DNA of 64,000 bases from Collinsella aerofaciens (GCA_052344885.1 DAWDYI010000002.1:1546-65545), one strand, 5' to 3'; counted from the first letter of the stretch, positions 27,323 to 36,547 are shown. Program-made: numbers and translations. Notes: generated from the sequence alone by a model not told the origin.

Positions 27323-27341
27323 ATGGGACACATGGCCCACC
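27323..27341. promoter_or_regulatory. Conserved 19-nt motif ATGGGACACATGGCCCACC (copy 2)
   Basis: Identical to 26357-26375. It lies 73 nt upstream of the paralog-2 ATG. Confidence 0.4.
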
Positions 27342-27413
27342 CTAGCGAGCCGTCCACGCGTACAGTAAAGGCAGGTAATCCATGGGCGGTTACAGATCGA
27401 GGAGGACACGACC

Positions 27414-28007
27414 ATGAAAAAGAAGGCCTTTGCGATTCTCACCCTCTGCATCAGTCTCTTTGCCGCGGTTGCCCTGGTGGGCTGCGGTGGCAGCGGCGGC
27501 GCTACCGGCAGTGGAGGTGGCGGCGGAGCAGAAAAGCCAGCCGTGGATATGAGGACCGACTTCATTTGGTTTAAGGTCGAGGTCCCCGAGGGCGTCGAGA
27601 TCACCGACGTCGCAGGCGACACCGCCGACAGGGCCCAGTTTAAGTTCACCGAGAGCGAGCACGCCAGCGATCGCTTCATCCCCGTCTTCGACTCTGACAA
27701 GAACGCCGATGAACTGTTCGACTACGAGGCAAAGTGGAATGCCAGCTTTGAGTGGACCGAGAATGACCCCGTCAAGTACAACGGCAAGACTTGGCGCAAC
27801 GCTTCCTATACACACTCGGGCGGCGTAACGACCGAATACTTCACCGACGTTGACGGCGGCAGTGTGTATGTGCGTATCGACAACGTCGAGGAGCACAAGG
27901 ACGCCGTCGAGACCATGATGAAGTCTCTGGAATTTGCCGACGACATCGCCGAGGCCAAGACCGAGGCCATGGACGTCAAGCTCGACGATATCGAGATCAA
28001 GCGCTAA
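27414..28007 (+). CDS. Lipoprotein, unknown function (paralog 2)
   Basis: MKKKAFAILTLCISLFAAVALVGCGG lipobox. Blocks shared with paralog 1: D(Y/F)IWFKVE(M/V)PEGV, SxDRFIPV, YNG(R/K)TW, GSVYV and IEIK at the C-terminus. Confidence 0.8.
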   Translation: MKKKAFAILTLCISLFAAVALVGCGGSGGATGSGGGGGAEKPAVDMRTDFIWFKVEVPEGVEITDVAGDTADRAQFKFTESEHASDRFIPVFDSDKNADELFDYEAKWNASFEWTENDPVKYNGKTWRNASYTHSGGVTTEYFTDVDGGSVYVRIDNVEEHKDAVETMMKSLEFADDIAEAKTEAMDVKLDDIEIKR

Positions 28008-28078
28008 GCGACTGGCGAGCGCAACGGGAAACACGGTCGCAGTGCAAACAAGCGACGGTACCCCAGCGCTTCGTACCC

Positions 28079-28111
28079 AGGGAGGGCCGGTAAACCGACC
28101 CTCCCTTTCTT
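28079..28111 (+). terminator. Rho-independent terminator (paralogous to 27242-27276)
   Basis: AGGGAGGG (28079-28086) pairs with CCCTCCCT (28099-28106), followed by TTCTT. Confidence 0.75.
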
Positions 28112-28312
28112 ATGCCTGTAGCCGACGAACGCGAGGATGCCGGACGCCGGAACCGCCCCAAATGTGGCAACAGTACGAAAACGACAAACACCCCAACACG
28201 TCCGCCCACCGATTTATTGCGCCGCGCAGACAATTAAACCAGCATCTTTAAACATCTGGGCAGTATAGTGACCAAAACTATCGCATAACCGCACTCTGCG
28301 AATGGAGAAGTT

Positions 28313-30801
28313 ATGACCGAACACCATGCCATCAGCCGCCGAGCGTTTACGCTGGGCCTAGGGCTTGCGGCGTTGTCACCACTTGCAAGCCTGCCCGAAA
28401 CCGCAGCGCCGGGCATTCCCCTGCGAGCGGCATTTGCAGACAACACACCCGCACCGTCGGACAGCCTCCACAATTTCGTCATTCGCCTTCGCCCCGCGGG
28501 CTATTTTCGCACCGCGAGCGTCAACCAAGACGGCAACGTTCGCGGCAACGTCTGTCACCTGTTTAACGACGGCACGTCCAGCAAGCTCATCCTTGAGAAC
28601 GTAACGACCAAGAATGACGATACAAACTGGTACGCCATCCGCACCTTGCTCAATTTCGAAGAGCATAAAAGACGGGCTACAGCATTTGGTCGGTCGACGA
28701 CGACTCGGACAAAGATGGAAAGGTCATCCACGTATGGGGCGGCGAGTATGACAACAAGCCCAGCCGCGCTTTTGCGTTCGAGCGTCAATCAAACGGAACC
28801 TACATCATCCGAGACCGCACGGTCGAGAAAGAAACCGAGAAAAAAGACATTAAGTACCTGGCAATAGAATCGAACGGCAAAGACCAGGACAACAATAAGA
28901 TCTGCCATAAGAGTAAGAGCATTCCGTGGGAGCTCGAACTTATCGGTTACGACATGAAAAAGAACGATGCCACGGTTAGCAGCCTCGACTGGATCACGTA
29001 CAGCAGCTACGTCGACGGACCATGTTGGATGAAATACGTCGACGACAACAAGTTCCTCGACGAGCTGAGCATCCCGGGTACGCACGATTCGGGCACCTGC
29101 AGCGTGGACAACGACACTGAGCCCCAATCCTCGCAAGTAAAATGCCAGCAGGATTACATTCCCACGCAGTTGCTCGAAGGCATTCGCTATTTCGATATCC
29201 GGCTCGGAAAGGGCGATGACCCCGGCATCGACCACGGGATTTTCTACCTACTCAAAAAAGACGGGAACTATCTGCATCTCTCCGATGTCATAGGCTACTT
29301 CAAAACGTTTTTGAACGAAAACCCGACAGAAGCGCTCATCATGCTTGTATCACGAGGCAACGACGAGGCTACCGACGAAAGTGTTACGACGGCTTTCGCC
29401 AAGGTTTTGGACGACAACCCCAAACTGTTCTATACGTCGAGCCGCGTTCCCACACTGGGCGAGGTGCGCGGAAAGATCGTCCTGCTACGTCGATTTGGAC
29501 TCGACGGCGACAGCGTAAGCGGCCACACGTGGGGACTCGACCTCACCGAATGGGATAACAAAATCGCAGTGCACACCGACAGCAGTTCCATGTGTCTCGT
29601 CCAAGACGCGCGGGGCTTTGAAGCCGCGGGGGAAACAGGCGACAAAGAGCCCTATTGCACCAAGGTATACGCCCAGGACAAGTACAAACTCACGGGAACC
29701 GACAAGCTCAGCTGGGTCGATAATGCGCTGAAGGAAACGACCGGGCGCACGCGCAACGAGGTAGATGTCGAGGACGATAACGGGGCCAAGGAGAAAGTCC
29801 TGGAGCGTTGCTGGTCTATCAACTACACCAGCTGCACGGGCTTGTCGCACGGAGGCAATCCTTTTACCTCGGCACGAGTAGTCAACGAGCATCTGTATAA
29901 GAGCCCGTACATCAATCCCAGCGGCATCGAGGATACAAAGTCAGATTACCTCAAGCACATTGGCATCATCGCATCCGACTTTGTTGATGCGGCGCTGGCC
30001 CGGAGCATCTACCAGCGCAATTACAATTACGATACGAAGCACACGCAGTCGGCTTCGTGCTGCCTCCCGACCCGCATGCGCATGACGTACGGCGACTCGC
30101 TGAGCGATGCCTCGCTCCAGGATGGCAAGACCGTTGGCGAGGGCCATTTCCGCCTTGTCGACAGCAGCAACGTACTCAACGTGGCGGCTTCGGGCCATGC
30201 GTTTACCATCGAATACGTGGATGTCGACGCCTTGGGCAACGAGACCGTTACGGGGCTGCAGGGATCCGTGCCCATCGATATCGATCCGCGCGCACTGACA
30301 CCCCACTTTGAGGGGCTCGAAGGCCTTAAGGCCGGCGAGGATGTGCGCACAAAGGTCGCGGCGCTGCTCGAGGGCAAACTCGAAAACGATGCCTGCACGG
30401 CTCAGCTCGAGTTTGTGCACGACGCGGACGGCGCTCCGGGCACGGCAATGGTCGAGGGCGAGGCATTTACCGCGGGAACGTACTGGGTGCGCGCGAACGG
30501 TCTTTTGGGCGACGCGGCGCAAAACTACAAGCTTGCTAATGACGGAGCCGCGAGCTTTACCGTAGCGGCCTCGAGCAGTGCAGGCGGCACCGGCACCGAC
30601 GGTGGCACGGGTTCCAACGCAGGCAGCGCTGATAAGAACGGTAAGGGCAACAAGGGCAAGAACTCGGGCGGAAAACTCGCCGACACGGGCGACGGCTCCG
30701 GCATTGCCGCCGGGCTCGCTGCCGCCGCCGTAGCGACAACGGTCGCCGGCGCGGCAATGCTTGCCAACGACCGCGAAAACGCTGGGGACGGTAGCGAATA
30801 G
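28313..30801 (+). pseudogene. Frameshift-interrupted secreted PI-specific phospholipase C: TAT signal, lectin-like domain, PI-PLC X domain, LAxTG-type sorting signal
   Basis: Frame A (from 28313) has a twin-arginine signal (SRRAFTLGLGLAAL). It loses protein-like sequence after ...NFEEHK at the A4 run at 28667-28670. Frame B is open from 28669 (in-frame TAA at 28666-28668). Frame B continues KTGYSIWSVDDDSDKDGKVIHVWGG... into IPGTHDSGT and RYFDIR...IDHG (PI-PLC catalytic His contexts). It ends with LADTG (from 30676), a hydrophobic stretch and a tail. Confidence 0.6.
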
Positions 30802-30895
30802 GCAAGCCGGCCTTTTAGACACATCGACTCAATGGGGGGCGCAGGACACCGTTCTGTGCCCCCGATTTTTACCTTGGCCCAAACGCCGCCATAGG

Positions 30896-31165
30896 CTACA
30901 TCACCATGTTCAGCGCGTTAACAAACTCCTGGGCCTTCGCACGGCTGCTCAGGCTAAAAACACAAGCAGTCAACAGCCTGTTACGCAGAAAAACATCGCG
31001 GCCCTTGATCCTGTTGACCCCCGTAATGTCCTTAAGATAGACAATCTCGGTGTGCTTGCCACCAAAAGTGCCCTTCTTGAGCACCTCAATACGGTTGGGG
31101 TAGATCTTGACGTCTTTATACCTACCCGAACCTTTGTCCTGGAATAGCAGCGTGTTATTGTCCAT
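30896..31165 (-). CDS. Small hypothetical protein (89 aa, possibly bacterial PH-domain-like)
   Basis: ATG at 31165 follows GGGAG. MDNNTLLFQDKGSGRYKDVKIYPNRIEVLKKGTFGGKHTEIVYLKDITGV... AT-richer than the flanking DNA. Confidence 0.5.
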   Translation of the reverse strand: MDNNTLLFQDKGSGRYKDVKIYPNRIEVLKKGTFGGKHTEIVYLKDITGVNRIKGRDVFLRNRLLTACVFSLSSRAKAQEFVNALNMVM

Positions 31166-31332
31166 ACGCGTCACTCCCGTGGGATTCGCTAAAACTGCCT
31201 CTATGGTCACATTTTAGTCACCGCAAGGCCCCATGCGAAGATGTCAGACAGCACAGCAATTCGTGTCCGCGCGAGGCTTTAAACTAAATGCGATAAAGAC
31301 GCATTCCACAAAAGGAAAGTGGGGCGACAGTG

Positions 31333-32382
31333 ATGGGCGAACTGGTAAACCGTGGAGAATCGGCAATCGTGCCCGAAGGTTTTTACAAGCAGGTCTCCTC
31401 GATTCTCAACGCCGCTCGCGACAAGGCCTATACCGCCGTTAACTTTGCGATGGTTGAGGCATATTGGGAGATCGGCAAGAGTATTGTTGATGAACAGGGC
31501 GGAGAGGGGCGCGCCAAGTATGGCGATGCACTGATCGACGAACTTGCCGTTAGATTGACTAAGGATTTTGGCAGAGGCTTCAACGCCAGAAGCTTAAGAT
31601 ACATGCGTCAGTTTTATCTTGCGTTCCCAATCCGGAACGCGCTGCGTTCCGAATTGAATTGGACACATTACCGCAGGTTATCGCGTATAACCGACCCTGA
31701 TGCTCGAACATGGTACATGAACGAATGCGCCGATTCTCGTTGGAGCACGCGTCAGCTCGAACGCCAGATCAACACCATGTTCCGCGAGCGCCTACTTGCC
31801 AGCAAGGACAAGGAGGCCGTCACCCAGGAAATCCAAAAGAGCGCCCCGGCTCGTCGCCCCGAGGATATCATCCGCGACCCATATGTACTGGAGTTTTTAG
31901 GTTTCTCGGACGATACTGCGTTTCGCGAGAGCGATCTAGAGCAGGCGCTCATCACGCATCTTCAGAAGTTCCTGCTGGAGCTTGGCCGTGGTTTCGCTTT
32001 CGAGGCGCGCCAAAAGCGCATCACCTTTGATGGGCGCCATTTCTATATTGACCTTGTTTTTTACAACTATCTGATGCGCTGCTTCGTGCTCATCGACCTT
32101 AAGACGGACGACCTTACGCATCAGGACCTGGGCCAGATGCAAATGTATGTGAACTACTACACGCGCGAGCTCATGAACGAAGGCGACAATCCGCCCATAG
32201 GCATCGTGCTCTGCGCGGACAAAAGCGATTCGATTGTCGAGTACACGCTGCCCGAAGACAACGACCAAGTGTTTACCGCCAAATACCTGCCGTATCTTCC
32301 AAGCAAGGAAGAGCTGGCGCGCGAGCTGAGTGCCGAGTACCGCGCCATCAACGAAGCGACTAATGGCGAAACGCAAGGGTAG
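31333..32382 (+). CDS. YhcG-like PDDEXK nuclease domain protein (DUF1016)
   Basis: VNFAMVEAYWEIGKSIV..., NWTHYRRL and the nuclease core FYIDLVFYNYLMRCFVLIDLKTDDLTHQDLGQMQMYVNYY. Confidence 0.85.
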   Translation: MGELVNRGESAIVPEGFYKQVSSILNAARDKAYTAVNFAMVEAYWEIGKSIVDEQGGEGRAKYGDALIDELAVRLTKDFGRGFNARSLRYMRQFYLAFPIRNALRSELNWTHYRRLSRITDPDARTWYMNECADSRWSTRQLERQINTMFRERLLASKDKEAVTQEIQKSAPARRPEDIIRDPYVLEFLGFSDDTAFRESDLEQALITHLQKFLLELGRGFAFEARQKRITFDGRHFYIDLVFYNYLMRCFVLIDLKTDDLTHQDLGQMQMYVNYYTRELMNEGDNPPIGIVLCADKSDSIVEYTLPEDNDQVFTAKYLPYLPSKEELARELSAEYRAINEATNGETQG

Positions 32383-32561
32383 CAGCACGTTGCGACCGAA
32401 GCCACCGCAGCCGTCGCAGGCGCACTCGCGGTTGCGACGCACGCTACGAAACAATACCGGTCATGGACGCCGGCAACGACATTCTAGCCGTGGCTGGCGA
32501 GCGTGACCTGACAGGCAAAGACGCGGCCTTCGTCTGATGTGGGTCCATTGGCTGCCACAGA

Positions 32562-32587
32562 AAAGGGCCGGTTGCAGCCGGCCCTTT
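32562..32587. terminator. Bidirectional hairpin terminator
   Basis: 10-bp perfect stem: AAAGGGCCGG (32562-32571) with CCGGCCCTTT (32578-32587), 6-nt loop. Confidence 0.6.
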
Positions 32588-32807
32588 AGACGATAATACC
32601 TGCGTTGCCCGCGCTTCCGAAGTGTGACTAGCTGAGGAGCGGGTTCCGCGGCACAACCTGATTTTACCCAGTGAGGAGGCTCTTTTGCAGCCGCTCCACT
32701 GTTTATTTACATCTGGCACCCTCAAACAATCAGACGGCAGCCCGCACTCCTGAGAGCTGCCCCGCACCCCCGGCCATCACCTTACGGCAACAACCGGTGC
32801 TACTCCC

Positions 32808-34145
32808 CTACTTCCCAAATAGCGCACCCAGCAGACCGCGGCGTTTGGGCTTCTCCTCTCGGTAGGAACCCTCGACGGCGGCTGCAACCTGGCGCGGTTG
32901 CTCGCCGCCTCCACGGCGCACGATCTGGTACAGGAAGGGCGATTTAACGTATTTGACCTCGAAGGGCGTGGCGTGCACGGTGCTCTCACCGGACAGATGC
33001 AGGCTCGGGCTGAGCGGCGCCACGATATGCGTTTCGCGCTTGTCGCTAAACACCACCGCGGCCGCGCGGCCCGTCTGGCCGTTTACGGCAATGCGCACCT
33101 GCTCGCCATCGCGGCCGTCTGTCGCCGGACGATCGACAAAGTAGACCGGCACCATCACCAGGCCGTCCTTATGTTTGCGGGCCTTGCGCGCCCACATGCG
33201 AATGCTCTTTTTATTGAGCCCCAGTACAGCCTCGGCGTCGTTGCCCGCAACGTCGAGCGCCAACTTATCAATGACCACCTGGTCCTTGGTAGACGCATCG
33301 ACTGAGACAACGCGAAAGTCACCTTCCTGCATGGCGGGATCGAACGGACCGACCTTGGCAAAGTCCCACGGCTCCAAAATGCCCATGAGGCGAACGTCCA
33401 GGTAGTTTGCCCTGGGGTATGCCCAGTCGAGCACCTCGTAGTACACCAAGGCCTCCTTGCTCAGGCCCTTGCCCGGGAAGCTCGCCATCATGCGCAAGTC
33501 CGCCAGCGCCATGGGGAAATAGAAGAGCATCATGTCGTTTTGGATCGCGTCTTCCACGTCGTGCCCGGCAAAGGCATCCGGATACTGGCGCACCAGCTGC
33601 AGCGCGTTGGCACGTGCCTGCTGCGGCGAGATTTCGCAGGGAATACCCTGCTCGGGCACATACTCCGCACCAACGCCCATGGTCAGGCGCTTGCTAAACG
33701 TCCCCGGCTTGAGCAGGTCCGCAATGCCGATCTTATTGCCGCAGGACGGGCACTCAAACACACGCTGCGTTGACTCGCCCTCAAAGGACGCTCCGCAGAA
33801 GGGGCAAGGAATGCTCACATGCGTGGCCTCTTGGAACTCCTGCGCCGTGCCGCGATCCTCCCACAGCAGATGTTCCAGGACCGACTGATTGCGCCAGTGC
33901 GCATTGAAGAAATACCAGTCCGGGTCCTGCGGGCGCTCGAGTTGCGACACATGCGTGAGTTTGAGCAGTCCATCCACCACCGTCAACGGCGTATGGCGAA
34001 TACCCAAAGCGCTCTTGGGCTCTCCGGCGTCCGCCTGCCACGGAACCACCGTGCCGCAATAGGCGCACTCAAAGCTGCGCTTAGCCTGGTGCGAGTACAT
34101 AGGGCCGCCGCAGTTTTGACATTTTATGGCAAACATCTCGTCCAT
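32808..34145 (-). CDS. Hypothetical protein with two zinc-ribbon motifs
   Basis: AGGAGG then ATG at 34145. Ribbon 1: CQNCGG...CAYCG. Ribbon 2: CPFCGA...CPSCGN. The roughly 300-aa C-terminal region is unrecognised (contains IAVNGQTGRAAAV). Confidence 0.7.
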   Translation of the reverse strand: MDEMFAIKCQNCGGPMYSHQAKRSFECAYCGTVVPWQADAGEPKSALGIRHTPLTVVDGLLKLTHVSQLERPQDPDWYFFNAHWRNQSVLEHLLWEDRGTAQEFQEATHVSIPCPFCGASFEGESTQRVFECPSCGNKIGIADLLKPGTFSKRLTMGVGAEYVPEQGIPCEISPQQARANALQLVRQYPDAFAGHDVEDAIQNDMMLFYFPMALADLRMMASFPGKGLSKEALVYYEVLDWAYPRANYLDVRLMGILEPWDFAKVGPFDPAMQEGDFRVVSVDASTKDQVVIDKLALDVAGNDAEAVLGLNKKSIRMWARKARKHKDGLVMVPVYFVDRPATDGRDGEQVRIAVNGQTGRAAAVVFSDKRETHIVAPLSPSLHLSGESTVHATPFEVKYVKSPFLYQIVRRGGGEQPRQVAAAVEGSYREEKPKRRGLLGALFGK

Positions 34146-34363
34146 GGAAACGTCCTCCTTTGCACAGGGGCTGTCGACATTAAGTATGTCGAGCAAGCAG
34201 GCACATGCCCATACCCATGTGGCCCAAAATGGACCACCCAGGCAGACGAGAAGGCTCGCTCGTTAGCACCGGCAGACTATTGCTGCATTTTCTGAGCATC
34301 GGTGCACGGCGCCCCCGCGCGAGCTACACTATCCCCTTAAACATGATTGTGAGGACGACCGCT

Positions 34364-35545
34364 ATGCTATTTGTAAATCGGCTGGTACATACGCTTGTTC
34401 CCGGCAGCGAGAGCGAGCCGGTCGATGCATCTTGCCGCACCAACGCGGGCTTTTCCGCAAGCCTCGTCTGCATTGGCCTCAACATCACCCTGTGCCTGGC
34501 CAAGGGCATCGCGGGTCTGCTCGCCGGCTCCGTCTCCCTCATCGCCGACGCTTTCAACAACCTCTCCGATGCCTCGAGCAACATTGTGAGCCTGCTCGGT
34601 TTCCGCCTTGCCAGCCGCCCGGCAGACGAAGGCCACCCCTATGGTCACGGCCGCTACGAGTACCTAGCCGGCCTGTTCGTCGCCGTCCTGGTTTGCGCCG
34701 TCGGCATCAACCTGATTCTCGAGTCGGTCACCAAGATCATCAAGCCCTCGCCCACCGCTTACACGTTTATTTCCCTTGCGGCACTGGCTACGTCCATGCT
34801 CGTTAAGCTCTGGATGGCAGCGTTCAACCGCACGCTGGGCAACCGCATCGATTCCGAGACACTCATCGCCACGGCGCAGGACTCCAAAAACGACGTCATC
34901 ACCTCGGGCTCGGTCTTAGCGGCGGCGCTTATTTCGCAAGCGACAGGCTTTGACCTCGACGGCTGGGCGGGCCTGGGCGTGGGCATCTTCATTTGCATCA
35001 GCGGCATGGGCCTGGTGCGCGACGCCATCAGCCCGTTGCTGGGGCAAGCGCCCGACCCCAAGCTCGTCCAGGCAATCCGCGACAAGATCATGTCCTATCC
35101 GCAGGTCCTGGGCACACACGACCTCATGGTGCACGACTACGGCCCCGGCCGTCAGTTTGCCAGCGCACACGTGGAAATGCCCGGCGAGGGCGATGCCTTT
35201 GAGCACCACGAGATTCTGGACACCATCGAACACGATATCAAGCATCAGATGGGCATCGGTATCACGCTACACTGCGACCCCATCGCCACCACCGGCGACG
35301 ACCTGCGCGGCTGGGTCAAGCGCGGCATCATGCAGATCGATCCTGCGCTCTCCATCCACGACCTGCACGAGCACGATGGCTTTGTGTCATTTGACCTTGT
35401 GCGTCCCGACGGCTTTGACATATCCGACGAGGAGCTGCTGGGGCTCGTCACGCGCATCGTGCACGAGCGCCGACCCGATGCCTCATGCGTCGTTACGTTT
35501 GACTCGGGCTTTAGCTCGCCCGACCGTCCGGCCGAGCAGCTGTAG
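34364..35545 (+). CDS. Cation diffusion facilitator family transporter
   Basis: SLIADAFNNLSDASSNIVSLLGFRLASRPADEGHPYGHGRYEYLAGL plus a C-terminal cytoplasmic domain. ATG at 34364 follows GAGGAC. Confidence 0.85.
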   Translation: MLFVNRLVHTLVPGSESEPVDASCRTNAGFSASLVCIGLNITLCLAKGIAGLLAGSVSLIADAFNNLSDASSNIVSLLGFRLASRPADEGHPYGHGRYEYLAGLFVAVLVCAVGINLILESVTKIIKPSPTAYTFISLAALATSMLVKLWMAAFNRTLGNRIDSETLIATAQDSKNDVITSGSVLAAALISQATGFDLDGWAGLGVGIFICISGMGLVRDAISPLLGQAPDPKLVQAIRDKIMSYPQVLGTHDLMVHDYGPGRQFASAHVEMPGEGDAFEHHEILDTIEHDIKHQMGIGITLHCDPIATTGDDLRGWVKRGIMQIDPALSIHDLHEHDGFVSFDLVRPDGFDISDEELLGLVTRIVHERRPDASCVVTFDSGFSSPDRPAEQL

Positions 35546-35557
35546 CCCACTTAACAG

Positions 35558-36547
35558 CTAGTTTCCCTGCGCGCCCGAGATGCCGTTTTGTAGGGCGTTC
35601 CAGGCATCCGTCGCCATGTCGCCCAAGTTCTGCGCGGTATCGCCCAGATTTTGTGCCGTATCGCCCAGCTCTTGCGCCTTGTCTCCCAACTCCTGCGCCT
35701 TGTTGCTCAAGTCCTCCAGCGTATTGGAGCTCGAGCTGTCGGTACCGCTTTGGCCGTCGGACGAGTTGCCCGAACTGTTCTTGTGCGTGAGTTGAATTTC
35801 GAGGTTGCCGTTGTCGTTATAGTAGGCAGAAGTAACGACCCAGTTGGCATCGACGACGGGCGTTGAGCCATCATCAGTCAGGACCACGGCATTCGAAAGA
35901 TCGGCGCCGCGCGACTTGAGGATCTTCTTGGCGTTGGACCAGTACTGCCCCGGGATATCACTCAGATCGACGGTGCTAGACGAGGCGGACTCGGTTTGCT
36001 CGGCAGCGGTATCGGCCGTTGAACTCCCTCGCTTGTTGAGCATGCCCGACACGATGGCAAACACAACCGACAGCGCAAAGAAGATCGCCAGCACGATGAG
36101 GATCTTCTTAATCACGCTCGACGAACGCGACGGCGTCTCTTCCTCGTCCTCGCCATATTGCGGAATCGACTTGGGGTACTCGCGATACGGCTCGCGCGAC
36201 TCGTAGCGAGGCTGCGCCGTGCGAGGCATATACGTCGTCTGCTGAGGCTGCGGAATGGGATTCTGCGGCAGGTCATCATAGGGATTCGGCGTCGAGGCGG
36301 CATAAGAATCCTGCGGCGCGTAATCAAACGGGTCTGCCGCCGCGTTGCCATAGGGGCTTTGCAAAGATGCAGCGTAAGGGTCCTGCGCCGCGTCGCCATA
36401 GCCCATAACTCGTGTGGGCTCGGCAGAAGGCTGCGTCGCGGCGGGGTCGACATAACCGGGGTTGGGAACAACGCGGGTCGCATCGGCGCTATCGCCAGCC
36501 TGCGCGGAACCGCAGCCGCCCATCACGGTTGTCTTGTCCTGATCCAT
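35558..36547 (-). CDS. Single-pass membrane protein: Pro/Tyr/Gln-rich N-terminus, PASTA-like ectodomain, C-terminal 7-aa repeats
   Basis: TM helix IKKILIVLAIFFALSVVFAIVSGML. Ectodomain DIPGQYWSNAKKILKSRGADLSNAVVLTDDG. Tail AQELGDK/AQELGDT/AQNLGDT/AQNLGDM. Confidence 0.7.
   Translation of the reverse strand: MDQDKTTVMGGCGSAQAGDSADATRVVPNPGYVDPAATQPSAEPTRVMGYGDAAQDPYAASLQSPYGNAAADPFDYAPQDSYAASTPNPYDDLPQNPIPQPQQTTYMPRTAQPRYESREPYREYPKSIPQYGEDEEETPSRSSSVIKKILIVLAIFFALSVVFAIVSGMLNKRGSSTADTAAEQTESASSSTVDLSDIPGQYWSNAKKILKSRGADLSNAVVLTDDGSTPVVDANWVVTSAYYNDNGNLEIQLTHKNSSGNSSDGQSGTDSSSSNTLEDLSNKAQELGDKAQELGDTAQNLGDTAQNLGDMATDAWNALQNGISGAQGN
35618..35701. repeat. 4 x 21-bp in-frame tandem repeat inside the CDS
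   Basis: Units at 35618-35638, 35639-35659, 35660-35680 and 35681-35701 (consensus RTCGCCCARNTYYTGYGCSKT). Confidence 0.9.

Noticed and set aside
28661-28672. Programmed -1 ribosomal frameshift joining the two PI-PLC ORFs
   Set aside because: CAT AAA AGA is not a canonical X XXY YYZ slippery heptamer, and I see no downstream stimulatory structure. A 1-nt indel or a sequencing error is more parsimonious.
32463-32537. 24-aa ORF (MDAGNDILAVAGERDLTGKDAAFV) downstream of yhcG
   Set aside because: It is too short, has no SD sequence, and looks like a fragment of a degraded gene. It cannot be supported as a feature.
34197-34363. Possible NiCo (czcD) or Mn (yybP-ykoY) riboswitch upstream of the CDF transporter
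   Set aside because: I could not find the conserved junction nucleotides (for example GGGACAG for czcD) or a four-way-junction layout. The leader is short.
35618-35701. Short regularly spaced repeats considered as a possible CRISPR array
   Set aside because: The units are contiguous with no spacers, only 21 bp long, in frame and inside a CDS. No cas genes are in the window.
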